DNA from: Acidimicrobiia bacterium
GTDB taxonomy: Bacteria; Actinomycetota; Acidimicrobiia; Spongiisociales; ZC4RG35
Reading direction: 5' to 3'
DNA length: 64,000 nucleotides
NCBI GenBank assembly: GCA_025937235.1
Contig: JAICRU010000005.1
Span: 38-64,037, forward strand
Shown here: piece after piece, positions 27,689-36,948 of the stretch
How the letters are laid out: each line of letters begins with the position of its first letter
Position numbering within the stretch: position 1 is the first letter of the stretch
Notes under the pieces: model-generated
Seen by the model: only the letters and a program-made list of their open reading frames with translations
Database searches by the model: none
What the model was told of the DNA's origin: nothing
Made by a program: the position numbers and the translations under genes

Positions 27689-28324
27689 ATGAGATTCGCC
27701 GACCGTCGTGAGGCGGGGGCGAAGCTGGGACGAGCCCTTGCCGCCGAGCAACCGGTCGACCCTGTGGTCACCGCTCTGCCTCGCGGTGGGGTCCCCGTCG
27801 GGTATGAGGTGGCTCTGGCGCTTGGCTGTGAGCTCGACGTGCTGGTAGTGCGGAAGGTTGGCGTCCCCTTTCATCCCGAGTTGGCGATGGGAGCCGTGGC
27901 CGAAGGCGAGGCCGTGGTCATGAACCGTGGGGTGATGGCCTCGGTGGGGATCGACGACGAGATGTTCGAGGATCGTGCCGCCATGGAACGTGCCGAGCTA
28001 GAGCAGCGGCTGAGTCTCTACAGGAAGGCCGCGCCTGCCATCGATCCCCGTGGCAGGACGACCATCGTCGTAGATGATGGGCTGGCCACGGGGTCCACCG
28101 CGCTCGTCGCGATCGCGGTGTTGCGGGCCCGGGGGGCGGCCGGGGTTTGGCTGGCCGTCCCCGTGGCGCCCGCCGACTCGATCCCGGTCATAGAGAAACA
28201 GGCAGATCGGGTGATCGTGCTGGAGCAACCCCGCCGATTCATGGCTGTCGGCGCCTGGTATCGGGATTTCAGCCCGACCACCGATTCCGAAGTGCTCGAC
28301 CTCCTCAGGCGATCCCGCCACTAG
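27689..28324 (+). CDS. Phosphoribosyltransferase family protein
   Basis: FADRREAG, ALPRGGVPVG and TIVVDDGLATGSTA (PRPP-binding loop) are present. Confidence 0.75.
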   Translation: MRFADRREAGAKLGRALAAEQPVDPVVTALPRGGVPVGYEVALALGCELDVLVVRKVGVPFHPELAMGAVAEGEAVVMNRGVMASVGIDDEMFEDRAAMERAELEQRLSLYRKAAPAIDPRGRTTIVVDDGLATGSTALVAIAVLRARGAAGVWLAVPVAPADSIPVIEKQADRVIVLEQPRRFMAVGAWYRDFSPTTDSEVLDLLRRSRH

Positions 28325-28356
28325 CGTTTCGCGTCCCCGACTCAGGAGTAGGTCCC

Positions 28357-28764
28357 ATGCCGTCACTGGAGCTGTTCTGCACCATCGAGGCCGATATGGG
28401 GAGGAGGATCGTCGGCGACACGCCGGCCGGCATGCGCATCGACTTCCCCTTCGAAGGCACTGCCACCAGTGAGCATTGGGAGGGCGAGCGCCCGGTAAGC
28501 GGGGTGGACTTCGTGACGATGCGGTCGGACGGGAACATGGACCTCGACATTCACGCCACTGTGGGCGAAAAGCGCGAGACCGTCGGCTATCGGGGCAGTG
28601 GGGTGTCCATAGTGAGCGCGGACGGGTCGGCCGAGCCCCGTGAGCTGCTCACCTTTCAGACCGGAAACGAGGACCTGGTTTGGCTCAACAACGAGATCGG
28701 GGTCGCCTTCGGCAAGGGCGAGGCCGGGAAGCTGACGGTGGAGGTTTACCTGGCTCGGTCCTGA
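28357..28764 (+). CDS. Small beta-rich hypothetical protein (DUF3237-like?)
   Basis: The protein is 135 aa from ATG 28357, preceded by AGGAG. MRIDFPFEGTATSE...SGVDFVTMRSDG loosely resembles DUF3237/UPF0311. The family assignment is weak. Confidence 0.45.
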   Translation: MPSLELFCTIEADMGRRIVGDTPAGMRIDFPFEGTATSEHWEGERPVSGVDFVTMRSDGNMDLDIHATVGEKRETVGYRGSGVSIVSADGSAEPRELLTFQTGNEDLVWLNNEIGVAFGKGEAGKLTVEVYLARS

Positions 28765-28819
28765 TCCGTCCTGTCCCGATTGGCGCACCTCCAAGCGCGG
28801 AAATCCTCGCGGAATTCGA

Positions 28820-29599
28820 CTAGTGGCCCCGAAAATCAGGCTTTCGCTTCTCCAGGAATGCAATGACGCCTTCCCGATGCTCGGGGGTCATGCCCAGGCG
28901 GCCTTGCTCCGCTCGCTCCGCCTTCATGGCATCCTCGAGCGATGACGATGCGGCCCTCCTGATCAGCCGTCTTGTCGTTACCAGAGAATCGGGCACCAGG
29001 TCGGCCATCTTCCCGGCCAGCTCCAGGGATCGGTCGAGCAGCTGATCGCCTGGTACCACATCGAGGCAAAGCCCCAGGTCGAGAGCATCTGCAGCGGAAA
29101 GTCTGCGATTGGTGAGGGCAAGTTCGAGGGCGCGCGAGACACCGAGATGATGGGGCAGCCACCAGGTGGTGCCCGAGTCCGGTATCAGGCCGATGGCGGT
29201 GAACGCCGAGGTGAAGAAGGCGTCCTCCGACAGGACTCTGAGGTCACAGGCGAGGGCGAGACCCATCCCTGCTCCGGCGGCGACACCGTTCACTGCGCCG
29301 ACGACGGGGACACGGCAATCGAGGATGGCTTCGAGGGCCGGGTGGAACACGGCATCGAGCAACGCAGCGAGGTCGGGACCTCCGCCCTCCTCGTATTGGG
29401 GTCTCAAGTCGGCGAGGTCGGCTCCGGCGCAGAAGGCGCGTCCGGCCCCGGTCAGGATCGCCGCCCTGGCTTCCTCACCCGCCCGCTCGAGCGCCCGCAC
29501 CAGACCGTCGCCGAGTGAAGCCTCGATGGCGTTGAAGCGGTCGGGCCGGTCCATGGTGACCACCGCAACGTCTCCGGCGAGCTCGAATTCGACGGTCAT
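28820..29599 (-). CDS. Enoyl-CoA hydratase/isomerase (crotonase) family protein
   Basis: RPDRFNA, TGAGRAFCAGADL and AVNGVAAGAGMGLALACD form the oxyanion-hole motifs. Confidence 0.85.
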   Translation of the reverse strand: MTVEFELAGDVAVVTMDRPDRFNAIEASLGDGLVRALERAGEEARAAILTGAGRAFCAGADLADLRPQYEEGGGPDLAALLDAVFHPALEAILDCRVPVVGAVNGVAAGAGMGLALACDLRVLSEDAFFTSAFTAIGLIPDSGTTWWLPHHLGVSRALELALTNRRLSAADALDLGLCLDVVPGDQLLDRSLELAGKMADLVPDSLVTTRRLIRRAASSSLEDAMKAERAEQGRLGMTPEHREGVIAFLEKRKPDFRGH

Positions 29600-29720
29600 G
29601 CTCCTCCTCGTCGACGAAGGCTAACCCCTGAAAAGCCAAGCAGTTGTGGCCTTTTCGCCTATGGTTAGACGGCACGTCACCAGTTTGACGGTGCCAAACG
29701 TCGACCCACAAGGAGGGGCC

Positions 29721-30014
29721 GTGAACAAGTCCGAGATGGCGGACAAGCTCGCCGACAAGGCGGACATCCCCAAGGGCAAGGCGGCGGAGATCATCGACGT
29801 GATCTTCTCCACCAAGCCGGGCGAGGGGATCATCGCTGCTGAGCTGGATGCCGGCCGCAAAGTGAACATCACCGGATTCGGCAATTTCGCCACCAAGCAC
29901 CGCTCCGCCCGTCAGGGCCGCAACCCGGCCACGGGCGAGACGATCACGATCGCAGCGAAGAGATACGCGCACTTCTCCGCTTCGAAGGGCCTCAAGGACA
30001 GAGTCGCCGAGTGA
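29721..30014 (+). CDS. hup: HU-family nucleoid-associated DNA-binding protein
   Basis: VNKSEMADKLADKADIPKGKAAEIID...ITGFGNFATKHRSARQGRNPATGETITI is a classical HU/IHF fold sequence. The start is GTG, preceded by AAGGAGG. Confidence 0.85.
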   Translation: MNKSEMADKLADKADIPKGKAAEIIDVIFSTKPGEGIIAAELDAGRKVNITGFGNFATKHRSARQGRNPATGETITIAAKRYAHFSASKGLKDRVAE

Positions 30015-30035
30015 GTGCCCGTTAACCGGGATTCG

Positions 30036-30064
30036 ATGGGCCCCGTCTACCCGGCGGGGCCCAT
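30036..30064 (+). terminator. 10-bp perfect hairpin followed by TACTTT downstream of hup
   Basis: ATGGGCCCCG-tctacccgg-CGGGGCCCAT was read directly, 22 nt after the hup stop. Confidence 0.5.
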
Positions 30065-30078
30065 TACTTTGCGCCGGT

Positions 30079-30900
30079 ATGTCCCTCGAGAAGTGGCGCC
30101 CGCCGGTAGCGATCGCTCATCGCGGCAGCCGTCTCCTCTGGCCGGAGAACACCATGGTGGCCTTCGCCGGCGCGGTCGCCCTCGGATATCGCCATCTGGA
30201 GACAGATCTTCATCTGACCCGGGACGGGACACTGGTCTGCCTCCACGACCCCACCGTCGACCGGACCACCGACGGCTCGGGCCCGGTGAGTGAGCTCACA
30301 TTCGGCGAGTTGGGCCGGCTGGATGCGGGATACCGCCACAGAGGCGACGAAGGACCGGTGTTCCGGTCCAAGGGCGTTCGTGTCCCGAGCCTCGAAGAGG
30401 CCGTGCTGACCTTCCCTGATGTGGCCTTCGTGATCGATCTCAAAGCCGAGAACCTCGTCGGTCCGCTCAACGACCTCATCCACCGGCTCGACCTCCACGA
30501 CCGGCTGATAGTCGGGTCTTTCTCGGATCGCAGACTCGACGAGTTCCGGGCGGTGACCGGGAGCCGGGTCGCGACGTCGACCGGGGCGGCCCTGAGCCGT
30601 TCGTGGCTGCTGGCGTCGCGGGTGGGGCGGGGTGTCAGGTCCGACGCCGTCGCGCTCCAGCTACCGCGTCGGTCACGGGGAGTGAGGGTGGTCGACAAGC
30701 GTCTGGTCGAGGCGGCTCACGGCCTGGGTCTCCAGGTCCACGTCTGGACCGTCAATCATGAGGGGGAGATGGGGGAGCTGCTCGACCTGGGTGTCGACGG
30801 GATCATCACCGATCGGCCCGACATCCTCAAGGAAGTGCTGGTTGCACGTGGAGCCTGGGTAGAACCCCCCACCGCGGGTGGCGGTCCGACCCATGGGTAG
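30079..30900 (+). CDS. Glycerophosphodiester phosphodiesterase family protein
   Basis: IAHRGSRLLWPENT, LETDLHLTRDGTLVCLHD and VHVWTVN are present. Confidence 0.8.
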   Translation: MSLEKWRPPVAIAHRGSRLLWPENTMVAFAGAVALGYRHLETDLHLTRDGTLVCLHDPTVDRTTDGSGPVSELTFGELGRLDAGYRHRGDEGPVFRSKGVRVPSLEEAVLTFPDVAFVIDLKAENLVGPLNDLIHRLDLHDRLIVGSFSDRRLDEFRAVTGSRVATSTGAALSRSWLLASRVGRGVRSDAVALQLPRRSRGVRVVDKRLVEAAHGLGLQVHVWTVNHEGEMGELLDLGVDGIITDRPDILKEVLVARGAWVEPPTAGGGPTHG

Positions 30901-30913
30901 CATCGCTGGGCGG

Positions 30914-31471
30914 ATGACCACATTCACCACGGCGATTCTCCTCGCCGTGGAGCTTGGGACCGGCTTCGGGAATGCCGCGGCAAACGTCGAGTCGATGGGC
31001 GAGGAGAGCATGGTCATCGACCTGCGGGTGGAGGTCGATGGGCTCCCGGACTCGGTCGTCGCTCATCTCGCCCTGCCCGACGAGGACACGATCACCATCC
31101 CCATGGTTGTCCGTGAAGACGGTGTCTACGGAGTGACCACCGAGGTCAAGCCGGCGAACTACGTGGTGGTGTTCGAGGTGATCGGTGATCCGGGAGCAGA
31201 GTCCGGCCCTGTCTCGCTGGGCGAGTTGGGAGTGGACTTTGCGTCGAGCGCTCCAACCACCGAACCCGAGGACGCGACGGCCATCAGCTCTGCCACCCGG
31301 CAATGGCTGTGGCTCGGTGTCGCCCTCGGGGCCGCGTCGCTGTCTGCTCTCGCCTTCTGGGTTCTCGGCGGCCGTGATCAGCGTGTCACCGACGACCCCG
31401 AATGGGACGGAGCCGAACCGCCGGACGTCGAGGCCGTCGGCGCATGGGAGGAGCCACGTCAGGGGTCGTGA
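30914..31471 (+). CDS. Hypothetical secreted/membrane-anchored protein
   Basis: The N-terminus is signal-like (MTTFTTAILLAVELGTGFGNAAA) and the C-terminus has a TM helix (WLWLGVALGAASLSALAFWVLGG). The start is ambiguous (30878, 30893 or 30914). Confidence 0.5.
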   Translation: MTTFTTAILLAVELGTGFGNAAANVESMGEESMVIDLRVEVDGLPDSVVAHLALPDEDTITIPMVVREDGVYGVTTEVKPANYVVVFEVIGDPGAESGPVSLGELGVDFASSAPTTEPEDATAISSATRQWLWLGVALGAASLSALAFWVLGGRDQRVTDDPEWDGAEPPDVEAVGAWEEPRQGS

Positions 31472-31983
31472 CCGGCTCGTCGCCCCTCATTCGCGAAGCC
31501 GAGCCCGGGGACGCTGGAGGCATGGCGCGGGTACACGTTGCCAGCTGGCAGGCCGCCTACCCGGGCCTCATCGATCAAGAGTTCCTCGATTCTCTCGACA
31601 TCGAGGACCGTACCCAGAGCTGGGCCCGAATCCTGCGTCAGCCGCGGGGCACGGTGCTGTTGGCAGAGGCGGAAGGCGTGGTCATCGGCTTCTGCGCCAT
31701 CGGCCCCGCCATCGACCAGGGTTGGGGGGAGGTCTTTGCCATCTATCTCGATCCGGCGCGATGGGGGAAGGGCGTTGGCCGGGACCTCCTGGCGGCCGGT
31801 GAGGGGGCACTTGCCGAGTGGGGTTATCGGCGGGCATTGCTCTGGGTGCTCGCCCGAAATACCCGGGCACGGGCGTTCTACGAGAGACAGGGATGGGCTC
31901 CGGGCAAACCGATACGGATCGAAGCAATTGGTGGAGTCGATGTGACCGAAGTCCGCTACGAGAAGACGCTCGAAGCGACCTGA
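31468..31983 (+). CDS. GNAT-family N-acetyltransferase
   Basis: IREAEPGDAGGMARVHVASW... and the acetyl-CoA loop RWGKGVGRDLL are present. The GTG start overlaps the upstream stop (GTGA). Confidence 0.75.
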   Translation: MTGSSPLIREAEPGDAGGMARVHVASWQAAYPGLIDQEFLDSLDIEDRTQSWARILRQPRGTVLLAEAEGVVIGFCAIGPAIDQGWGEVFAIYLDPARWGKGVGRDLLAAGEGALAEWGYRRALLWVLARNTRARAFYERQGWAPGKPIRIEAIGGVDVTEVRYEKTLEAT

Positions 31984-32012
31984 GATCGCAGAGGGCCCGG
32001 ATCAGACCCGGC

Positions 32013-32543
32013 TCAATGGACCTGGGACTCGAGGAGGATCACCATGATGGCGATGGCGATGATGACCAGCCCTGCGATGAGGGCACGCCTCCATGACAGG
32101 CCGTCCCGACGGCTCAGGACGACCGCGATCGCAAAGAGCAAGACGATCGTCAACCGGACACTCAGTCGATACCCGGTGTCGACGGCGATGACGCCCCATG
32201 CCGCGAGGAGGAGGGGAAGAACGGGAACGGCGACAGAGGCCAGCAATGGGAAGTCGTGCCACAACGCCGCACGCAGGTCTGCCCAGGAGAAACGCCCGGC
32301 CCTGGCGACTCGAGGTACGAGCGCGGTGAAGACGTGCGCCATGTACAGCACCGTGGCGCTCGCAACCACTGCGCTGATGGCGCCCAAGGGTGAGGGTTGC
32401 GTGGGCTGTGATCCGAGCGCCGAGATGACGGCGAGGTAGACGATCGAGCCGTAGAAGATGAGCGTGACCTCGACGTCGTCTATCAGTCGACGCCGAGCAC
32501 CCAACTCCGACAATCGGCCCGAAGGTGGCTGCTCGCCGGTCAT
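32013..32543 (-). CDS. Hypothetical polytopic membrane protein
   Basis: This 176-aa ORF has about 5 hydrophobic helices. Its start overlaps the ispD stop by 4 nt. No family was recognised. Confidence 0.5.
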   Translation of the reverse strand: MTGEQPPSGRLSELGARRRLIDDVEVTLIFYGSIVYLAVISALGSQPTQPSPLGAISAVVASATVLYMAHVFTALVPRVARAGRFSWADLRAALWHDFPLLASVAVPVLPLLLAAWGVIAVDTGYRLSVRLTIVLLFAIAVVLSRRDGLSWRRALIAGLVIIAIAIMVILLESQVH

Positions 32544-33193
32544 CGGAGACCGGTGTCCAATGATTCGAGTCGCGCCCTGACACGCTCCAGGTCCCCGGGC
32601 TCGGTCACCTTGATGTTGCCGGGGTCACCGGCCACGGTCCCTATCTCCAGCGTGCCGAATCGCCGGAGGACCTCGGCCGTGTCCGCGCCGACGAATCCGA
32701 CAGCTGCCGCCGCTTCGTAGGCGGCGACCAGGCCCGCACCACGGAACACCTGCGGGGTCTGCGCCAACACGGCCCCCTCGATGATGGCGAGGTCGGACCT
32801 CCTGACCAGGGGGCCCGGGTCGACGACAGGAACCGCTCCGCCTACCTTGGCCGCGGTCTCGAAAAGCAGCTCGACCAGGGCATGATCCACTAGGGGTCGG
32901 GCACCGTCATGGATACCGATCAGACGTGTTGGCCCGCCGACGGCGGCCAGCCCCGCCATCTCGGACGCGGTCCGGGTCGGGCCTCCGGGCACCAGATCGA
33001 CGCCCGGAGCCAGGTCGGAGAGAGCCGGCATCTGGTCGGGCCGGCACACAAGGATGCATCGATCCGCATGTCCAGATAATGCAGCAACTGTGTGTGCCAC
33101 CAGGGGCAGGCCGGCGACCCGCACCATCATCTTGTCATCACCGAACCTGGCCCCGCTCCCGGCGGCCACCACGATCATCACCCGATCGATCAT
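32540..33193 (-). CDS. ispD: 2-C-methyl-D-erythritol 4-phosphate cytidylyltransferase
   Basis: VVAAGSGARFG (CTP-binding loop), IHDGARP, AQTPQVF and NIKVTEPGDL are present. The start is at MIDRVMIVV; the longer ORF N-terminus is low-complexity. Confidence 0.85.
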   Translation of the reverse strand: MIDRVMIVVAAGSGARFGDDKMMVRVAGLPLVAHTVAALSGHADRCILVCRPDQMPALSDLAPGVDLVPGGPTRTASEMAGLAAVGGPTRLIGIHDGARPLVDHALVELLFETAAKVGGAVPVVDPGPLVRRSDLAIIEGAVLAQTPQVFRGAGLVAAYEAAAAVGFVGADTAEVLRRFGTLEIGTVAGDPGNIKVTEPGDLERVRARLESLDTGLR

Positions 33194-33215
33194 GGGACGA
33201 GGGTACTTTTGACCG

Positions 33216-33536
33216 GTGATCGACTCCCGCGAACTGCGCCGGAGGGCGGGCGACGGCCGGGTCGTCTTCGTCGATGCCGACGGCAGTGAGATCGATGGCC
33301 CGCTCGGGGACGTGACAGTCCCCGCTCTCCTGGTCGTCCCGGTCTCCGAAGCGGTGAAACGGGCGGAGAAGGACAGGCTGACCGAGGACATCGACCGCAG
33401 CCTGATTTGGGCGGTGCGCGGAATCGCGGTCGACCACGCGGTTGTGGAAACACTGCCAGACGGCTCGTTCACCATCTCCGAGCTGATCGACGCCGTGACC
33501 GCCGCCGGTCACGTCTGGCGCACGACCCCCTTGTAG
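33216..33536 (+). CDS. Hypothetical 106-aa protein (weak resemblance to the central segment of IspD)
   Basis: VVPVSEAVKRAEKDRLTEDIDRSLIWAV resembles the IspD PV.DT.K ... vdR..LW block, but the CTP-binding loop and QTPQ are missing. It is divergent from ispD and sits 30 nt upstream of the Tad-like operon. Confidence 0.45.
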   Translation: MIDSRELRRRAGDGRVVFVDADGSEIDGPLGDVTVPALLVVPVSEAVKRAEKDRLTEDIDRSLIWAVRGIAVDHAVVETLPDGSFTISELIDAVTAAGHVWRTTPL

Positions 33537-33565
33537 GGGGTTGCCCGGCTCGATACGTTCGAGCC

Positions 33566-34126
33566 ATGGTGGGGATGGGGAGATCTCCGGCAGGGCGGGG
33601 TCTGCTCGCCGTTCATTCAGCAGAGCCGGTCTTGTCATTGCTCTCCGCCCTGGGTCTGGCCCAGGTTGCGGGTAGCGCTCTGGTTGTCGACCTGTGCCGC
33701 GATCTGGCACTGGAGGGGCGCACTCTCTCGGATCTCGCCTCGGAGGGACCATCCCTGACCGAGCTCAGGCCCGGCCGGGCGGGGGTTGCGCTTCTCGGCT
33801 CGGGCCCGATCACCGTCGACGCGGCGCTACCGCTGATCGAGGCCCTCTCCGAGGCTTGGCCGGCCGTCGTGATTCGTTGTCGAGAAGGCCAATGGGAAGG
33901 CCGGAACGTGCCGGTGAGGGCGCTGCTCCCCGGCTTCCTTCGTTCGACGGACCAGGAAACTGCCGTCTGGCAGCCGATCGGCGCTGCGGTCAGACCACCG
34001 GGCCCCGGGCCAGTCCTGCCCAGGCTGACGGGGTCGCTGGTCAGACGTCTGCTCGGTGGCCGAACCGCCCTGCGGGCGCGATGGGTCAGGGCTTGGGACA
34101 GCGTGTGGTCGATGCCATGGGGGTGA
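33566..34126 (+). CDS. Short, degenerate CpaE/Ssd-like (ParA/MinD-fold) protein lacking a Walker A motif
   Basis: LLAVHSAEPVLSLLSALGLAQVAGSALVVDL sits where CpaE-like proteins have GxGGxG(K/A)S..A..LA......LvDlD. Its position directly before the TadA-type ATPase supports the call. It is only 186 aa. Confidence 0.45.
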   Translation: MVGMGRSPAGRGLLAVHSAEPVLSLLSALGLAQVAGSALVVDLCRDLALEGRTLSDLASEGPSLTELRPGRAGVALLGSGPITVDAALPLIEALSEAWPAVVIRCREGQWEGRNVPVRALLPGFLRSTDQETAVWQPIGAAVRPPGPGPVLPRLTGSLVRRLLGGRTALRARWVRAWDSVWSMPWG

Positions 34127-35169
34127 TCGATCGTGTCATCGGAGACATCGCTGCCGGCACGGTCGCCTTGAGGCGGTCCGAGGTAACCGCCGAGGCCGAG
34201 CGTCTCCTCACCATCGCATCGCCCCGGCGAGCCGCGTCCCTGGCCGCGGACGTCGCCGACCGGGTGCTGGGGATGGGTCCGTTGGAGCCGCTGCTCGCCG
34301 ACCCTCTCGTCACCGACATCCTGGTGAATGGACCGAACGAGATCTGGGTGGATCGGGGTGGCGCCCTGTCCCGGGTGGATGCCCGTTTTGCCGGCGACTC
34401 CGATCTCCATGCCACGGTGGAGCGGGTCATCGCGCCGCTGGGCCTCAGAGTGGATCGGTCGTCCCCGACGGTCGACGGGAGACTCGCCGACGGGAGCCGG
34501 ATCCATGTGGTCGTCCCACCGGCGGCGGTCGACCACCCGATAGTCGCCATACGCCGATTCACCCAGGCGGTTCGCTCGTTGGATGAGCTGGTAGGCGCCG
34601 GTGCGGCGACGCAGGTTCAGGTCGAGACGCTGGCGACAGCGGTCCTGGCCAGGAAGACGATCCTCGTCTCCGGCGGCACCGGCACCGGCAAGACCACGCT
34701 GCTCAACCTCCTCGCCGCACTGATCCCACCCGTGGAACGGGTTGTCACGATCGAGGATGCCGCCGAGCTCCAGATCCCGGGGCATCGGGTCCGACTCGAG
34801 GCACATCCAGCCAATCAAGAGGGAGTGGGTGAGATCACCATCCGACAGCTTCTTCGATCAGCCCTCCGGCTCAGACCGGATCGGATCGTCGTCGGCGAGG
34901 TGCGTGGCGCCGAGGCGTTGGATCTGATCTGGGCACTGAACACAGGGCACCGTGGCTCCTTGTCGACCATCCACGCCAATACGCCCCAGGAGGCGTTGTG
35001 GCGTCTGGAGACGCTCGCCCTGTCGGCCGGCGACACCGCCGAGGTGGCCGTGAGACGTCAGCTGCACGCGGCCATCGACTTCGTTGTCCAACTCGACCGC
35101 GAAGGCCCGTCGCGCTCCATCACCGAGATCGCCGCAGTGGGCCACGAAGGCATCGAGGACACACCGTGA
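34117..35169 (+). CDS. tadA: TadA/CpaF-family secretion ATPase
   Basis: [25 protein letters not shown], Walker [25 protein letters not shown] and [12 protein letters not shown] are present. The start is ambiguous (34081, 34117 or 34123). Confidence 0.85.
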   Translation: MGVIDRVIGDIAAGTVALRRSEVTAEAERLLTIASPRRAASLAADVADRVLGMGPLEPLLADPLVTDILVNGPNEIWVDRGGALSRVDARFAGDSDLHATVERVIAPLGLRVDRSSPTVDGRLADGSRIHVVVPPAAVDHPIVAIRRFTQAVRSLDELVGAGAATQVQVETLATAVLARKTILVSGGTGTGKTTLLNLLAALIPPVERVVTIEDAAELQIPGHRVRLEAHPANQEGVGEITIRQLLRSALRLRPDRIVVGEVRGAEALDLIWALNTGHRGSLSTIHANTPQEALWRLETLALSAGDTAEVAVRRQLHAAIDFVVQLDREGPSRSITEIAAVGHEGIEDTP

Positions 35170-35807
35170 CCTGGACCATCATTGCCGTGGGCCTCGCCGC
35201 AGGCGTCGATTGGCGACGTCTTGGCCTTCTCGCGCTGGCTTTGGCCGTCCCCCTCCCTTTCCTGGGGCTGGTTGCCCTCGTCTGGTGGCGGGCACGGCCC
35301 GGCCTGTCGCTGCGTGCGGTCCGCTTCTGCGATGCGGTGTCCGCCGAGTTGCGGGCCGGAGAATCGTTGCGCCTGTCGGTGGAGAGATCGGCTCTCTCTG
35401 TCCAGGCACCCGGTGTCGCTCGTCTATGCCAGGAGGGAGCGCCGATGAGCAAGGTCGCCAAAGCAGCGTCTATGGAATTCGACGATGTGGGGCCCGAGCT
35501 CGAGGCATTGCTGTCTCGGGCGGGCGAAATCGGCGTCTCACCCGCATCGCTGTTCGACGAGGTCGGAGCACTCGCCCTGGCCCAGGTGGAGGTGGCGCAC
35601 GAAGTGTCGATCGCGTCGGCTCCCGCCCGCGCCACCGGTGCGGTGCTCCTGGCTGCCACGGTGATCGGTGTGGGTTGGGCCCTGACCCGGGGAGGATTGG
35701 AGCCGTATCTTCGCCAGCCCGCGCAGCGGGCCGCGGCCCTCATCGGCGCCGCCCTGGTCTTGTTGGGCCTCGTTCTCGCGATTGCCATCCTGTGGAGGGC
35801 CAGGTGA
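35166..35807 (+). CDS. TadB-like type II secretion system F-domain membrane protein
   Basis: It is a membrane protein with N- and C-terminal helices flanking a soluble segment. The GTG start overlaps the tadA stop (GTGA). The call rests mainly on position in the locus. Confidence 0.55.
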   Translation: MTWTIIAVGLAAGVDWRRLGLLALALAVPLPFLGLVALVWWRARPGLSLRAVRFCDAVSAELRAGESLRLSVERSALSVQAPGVARLCQEGAPMSKVAKAASMEFDDVGPELEALLSRAGEIGVSPASLFDEVGALALAQVEVAHEVSIASAPARATGAVLLAATVIGVGWALTRGGLEPYLRQPAQRAAALIGAALVLLGLVLAIAILWRAR

Positions 35808-36343
35808 AGGCCCTCATCGCGGCCTCGGCCGGTCTGGCCATCGCCGGGACGCCAGGCGCCTTACTCGGAGTGTGCTTCGCCCTGGGGTTCCATGTCCTGA
35901 GACGTTTGCGGCGTGCCCCGTCGGCGCTCAGGCCGGCGCTGATAGTTCTCCTCATCGAACTTCGATCGGGGAGGTCCGTGCTGGGCGCGCTCCAGACCGT
36001 GGCCGCTGCCTTCCCCGGAAACGAAGAGCTGGCCCGCGCCGCCAGGGTCGCCACCATCTCCGGGTTGACCAACGCCGTCCTTCCGATGAGGGGGGAATTG
36101 AGGGGCATCCTGTCCCAGCTGGCCAGGGCACAGAAGTCGGGCGCGGCACTGGGGGACACCGTCCGCGCCATGATCGAGGCTGATGTCGCCGACGAGAAGG
36201 CGACAAGGGTCGCTCGGTCCCGCGCGCTTCCGGTTCGGCTCATGCTTCCCATCACCCTCCTCGTGCTCCCCGGGCTCGTTCTTCTGCTCTATGCCCCCTC
36301 GATGCTGTATCTCTTCGAAGATCTCTCGGGGCCCTTCTCATGA
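35804..36343 (+). CDS. TadC-like type II secretion system F-domain membrane protein
   Basis: The GTG start overlaps the upstream stop (GTGA). The C-terminal LPVRLMLPITLLVLPGLVLLLYAPSMLYL is typical of TadB/C-type proteins. Confidence 0.55.
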   Translation: MKALIAASAGLAIAGTPGALLGVCFALGFHVLRRLRRAPSALRPALIVLLIELRSGRSVLGALQTVAAAFPGNEELARAARVATISGLTNAVLPMRGELRGILSQLARAQKSGAALGDTVRAMIEADVADEKATRVARSRALPVRLMLPITLLVLPGLVLLLYAPSMLYLFEDLSGPFS

Positions 36344-36394
36344 GATCCGCACTTCTCCCCGCACCGGTCGGCAACCGGACGAAAAGGAGAGGAA

Positions 36395-36586
36395 ATGGCA
36401 CGGATGCTCACATGGCTGGCAGCCCGGGGCGACCGCGGGCAGGGCACGGTCGAGTACTTCCTGGTGATCCTCGCTGCAACCGCGCTGGCGGTCATCGCGC
36501 TGAGATGGCTGCAGTCGGGGAGCGGGGGCGGGCTGCTGGGGAGCCTGTTCGGGAAGGTCATCGATTGGGTGGCGGGGAGATTCTGA
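36395..36586 (+). CDS. Flp/DUF4244-type small pilin precursor
   Basis: This is a 63-aa ORF after AAGGAGAGG. ARGDRGQGTVEYFLVILAATALAVIAL gives a G/xxxxEY processing motif plus a hydrophobic helix. Confidence 0.7.
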   Translation: MARMLTWLAARGDRGQGTVEYFLVILAATALAVIALRWLQSGSGGGLLGSLFGKVIDWVAGRF

Positions 36587-36948
36587 ACGGGGAGCGCGGC
36601 TCGGTGACAGTCGAGTTGTTCCTGATACTGCCAGTGGCGATCCTGGTTCTTCTGGCCTCACTGCAGCTCATCGGTGTGGCCCGCACCAGAATCGAGCTGC
36701 AAGGGGCAGCAAGGGAAGGGGCGAGGGTGGCGGCCACCACGCCAGACCCGGCGCGGGCGGTTGAAGCGGTACTCGCCTCCCTGACGCCCGAGACTCGGGC
36801 TTCCGCTCGGGTGTCGGTGGAGAGGCCGTCCCGAGTGGGCGCCATGGCCCGGGTCTCGGTGTCGATGCGTCACATCCTCGGCGCACCATTCCCCGATTCG
36901 GTGGGGGTCGACCTCTCGGCGAGTGCCACCATGCGGACCGAGAAGTGA
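36565..36948 (+). CDS. TadE-like pilus-associated protein (start uncertain)
   Basis: ERGSVTVELFLILPVAILVLL is the TadE N-terminal motif. The start is provisionally TTG 36565, which overlaps the pilin gene end. Confidence 0.6.
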   Translation: MGGGEILNGERGSVTVELFLILPVAILVLLASLQLIGVARTRIELQGAAREGARVAATTPDPARAVEAVLASLTPETRASARVSVERPSRVGAMARVSVSMRHILGAPFPDSVGVDLSASATMRTEK

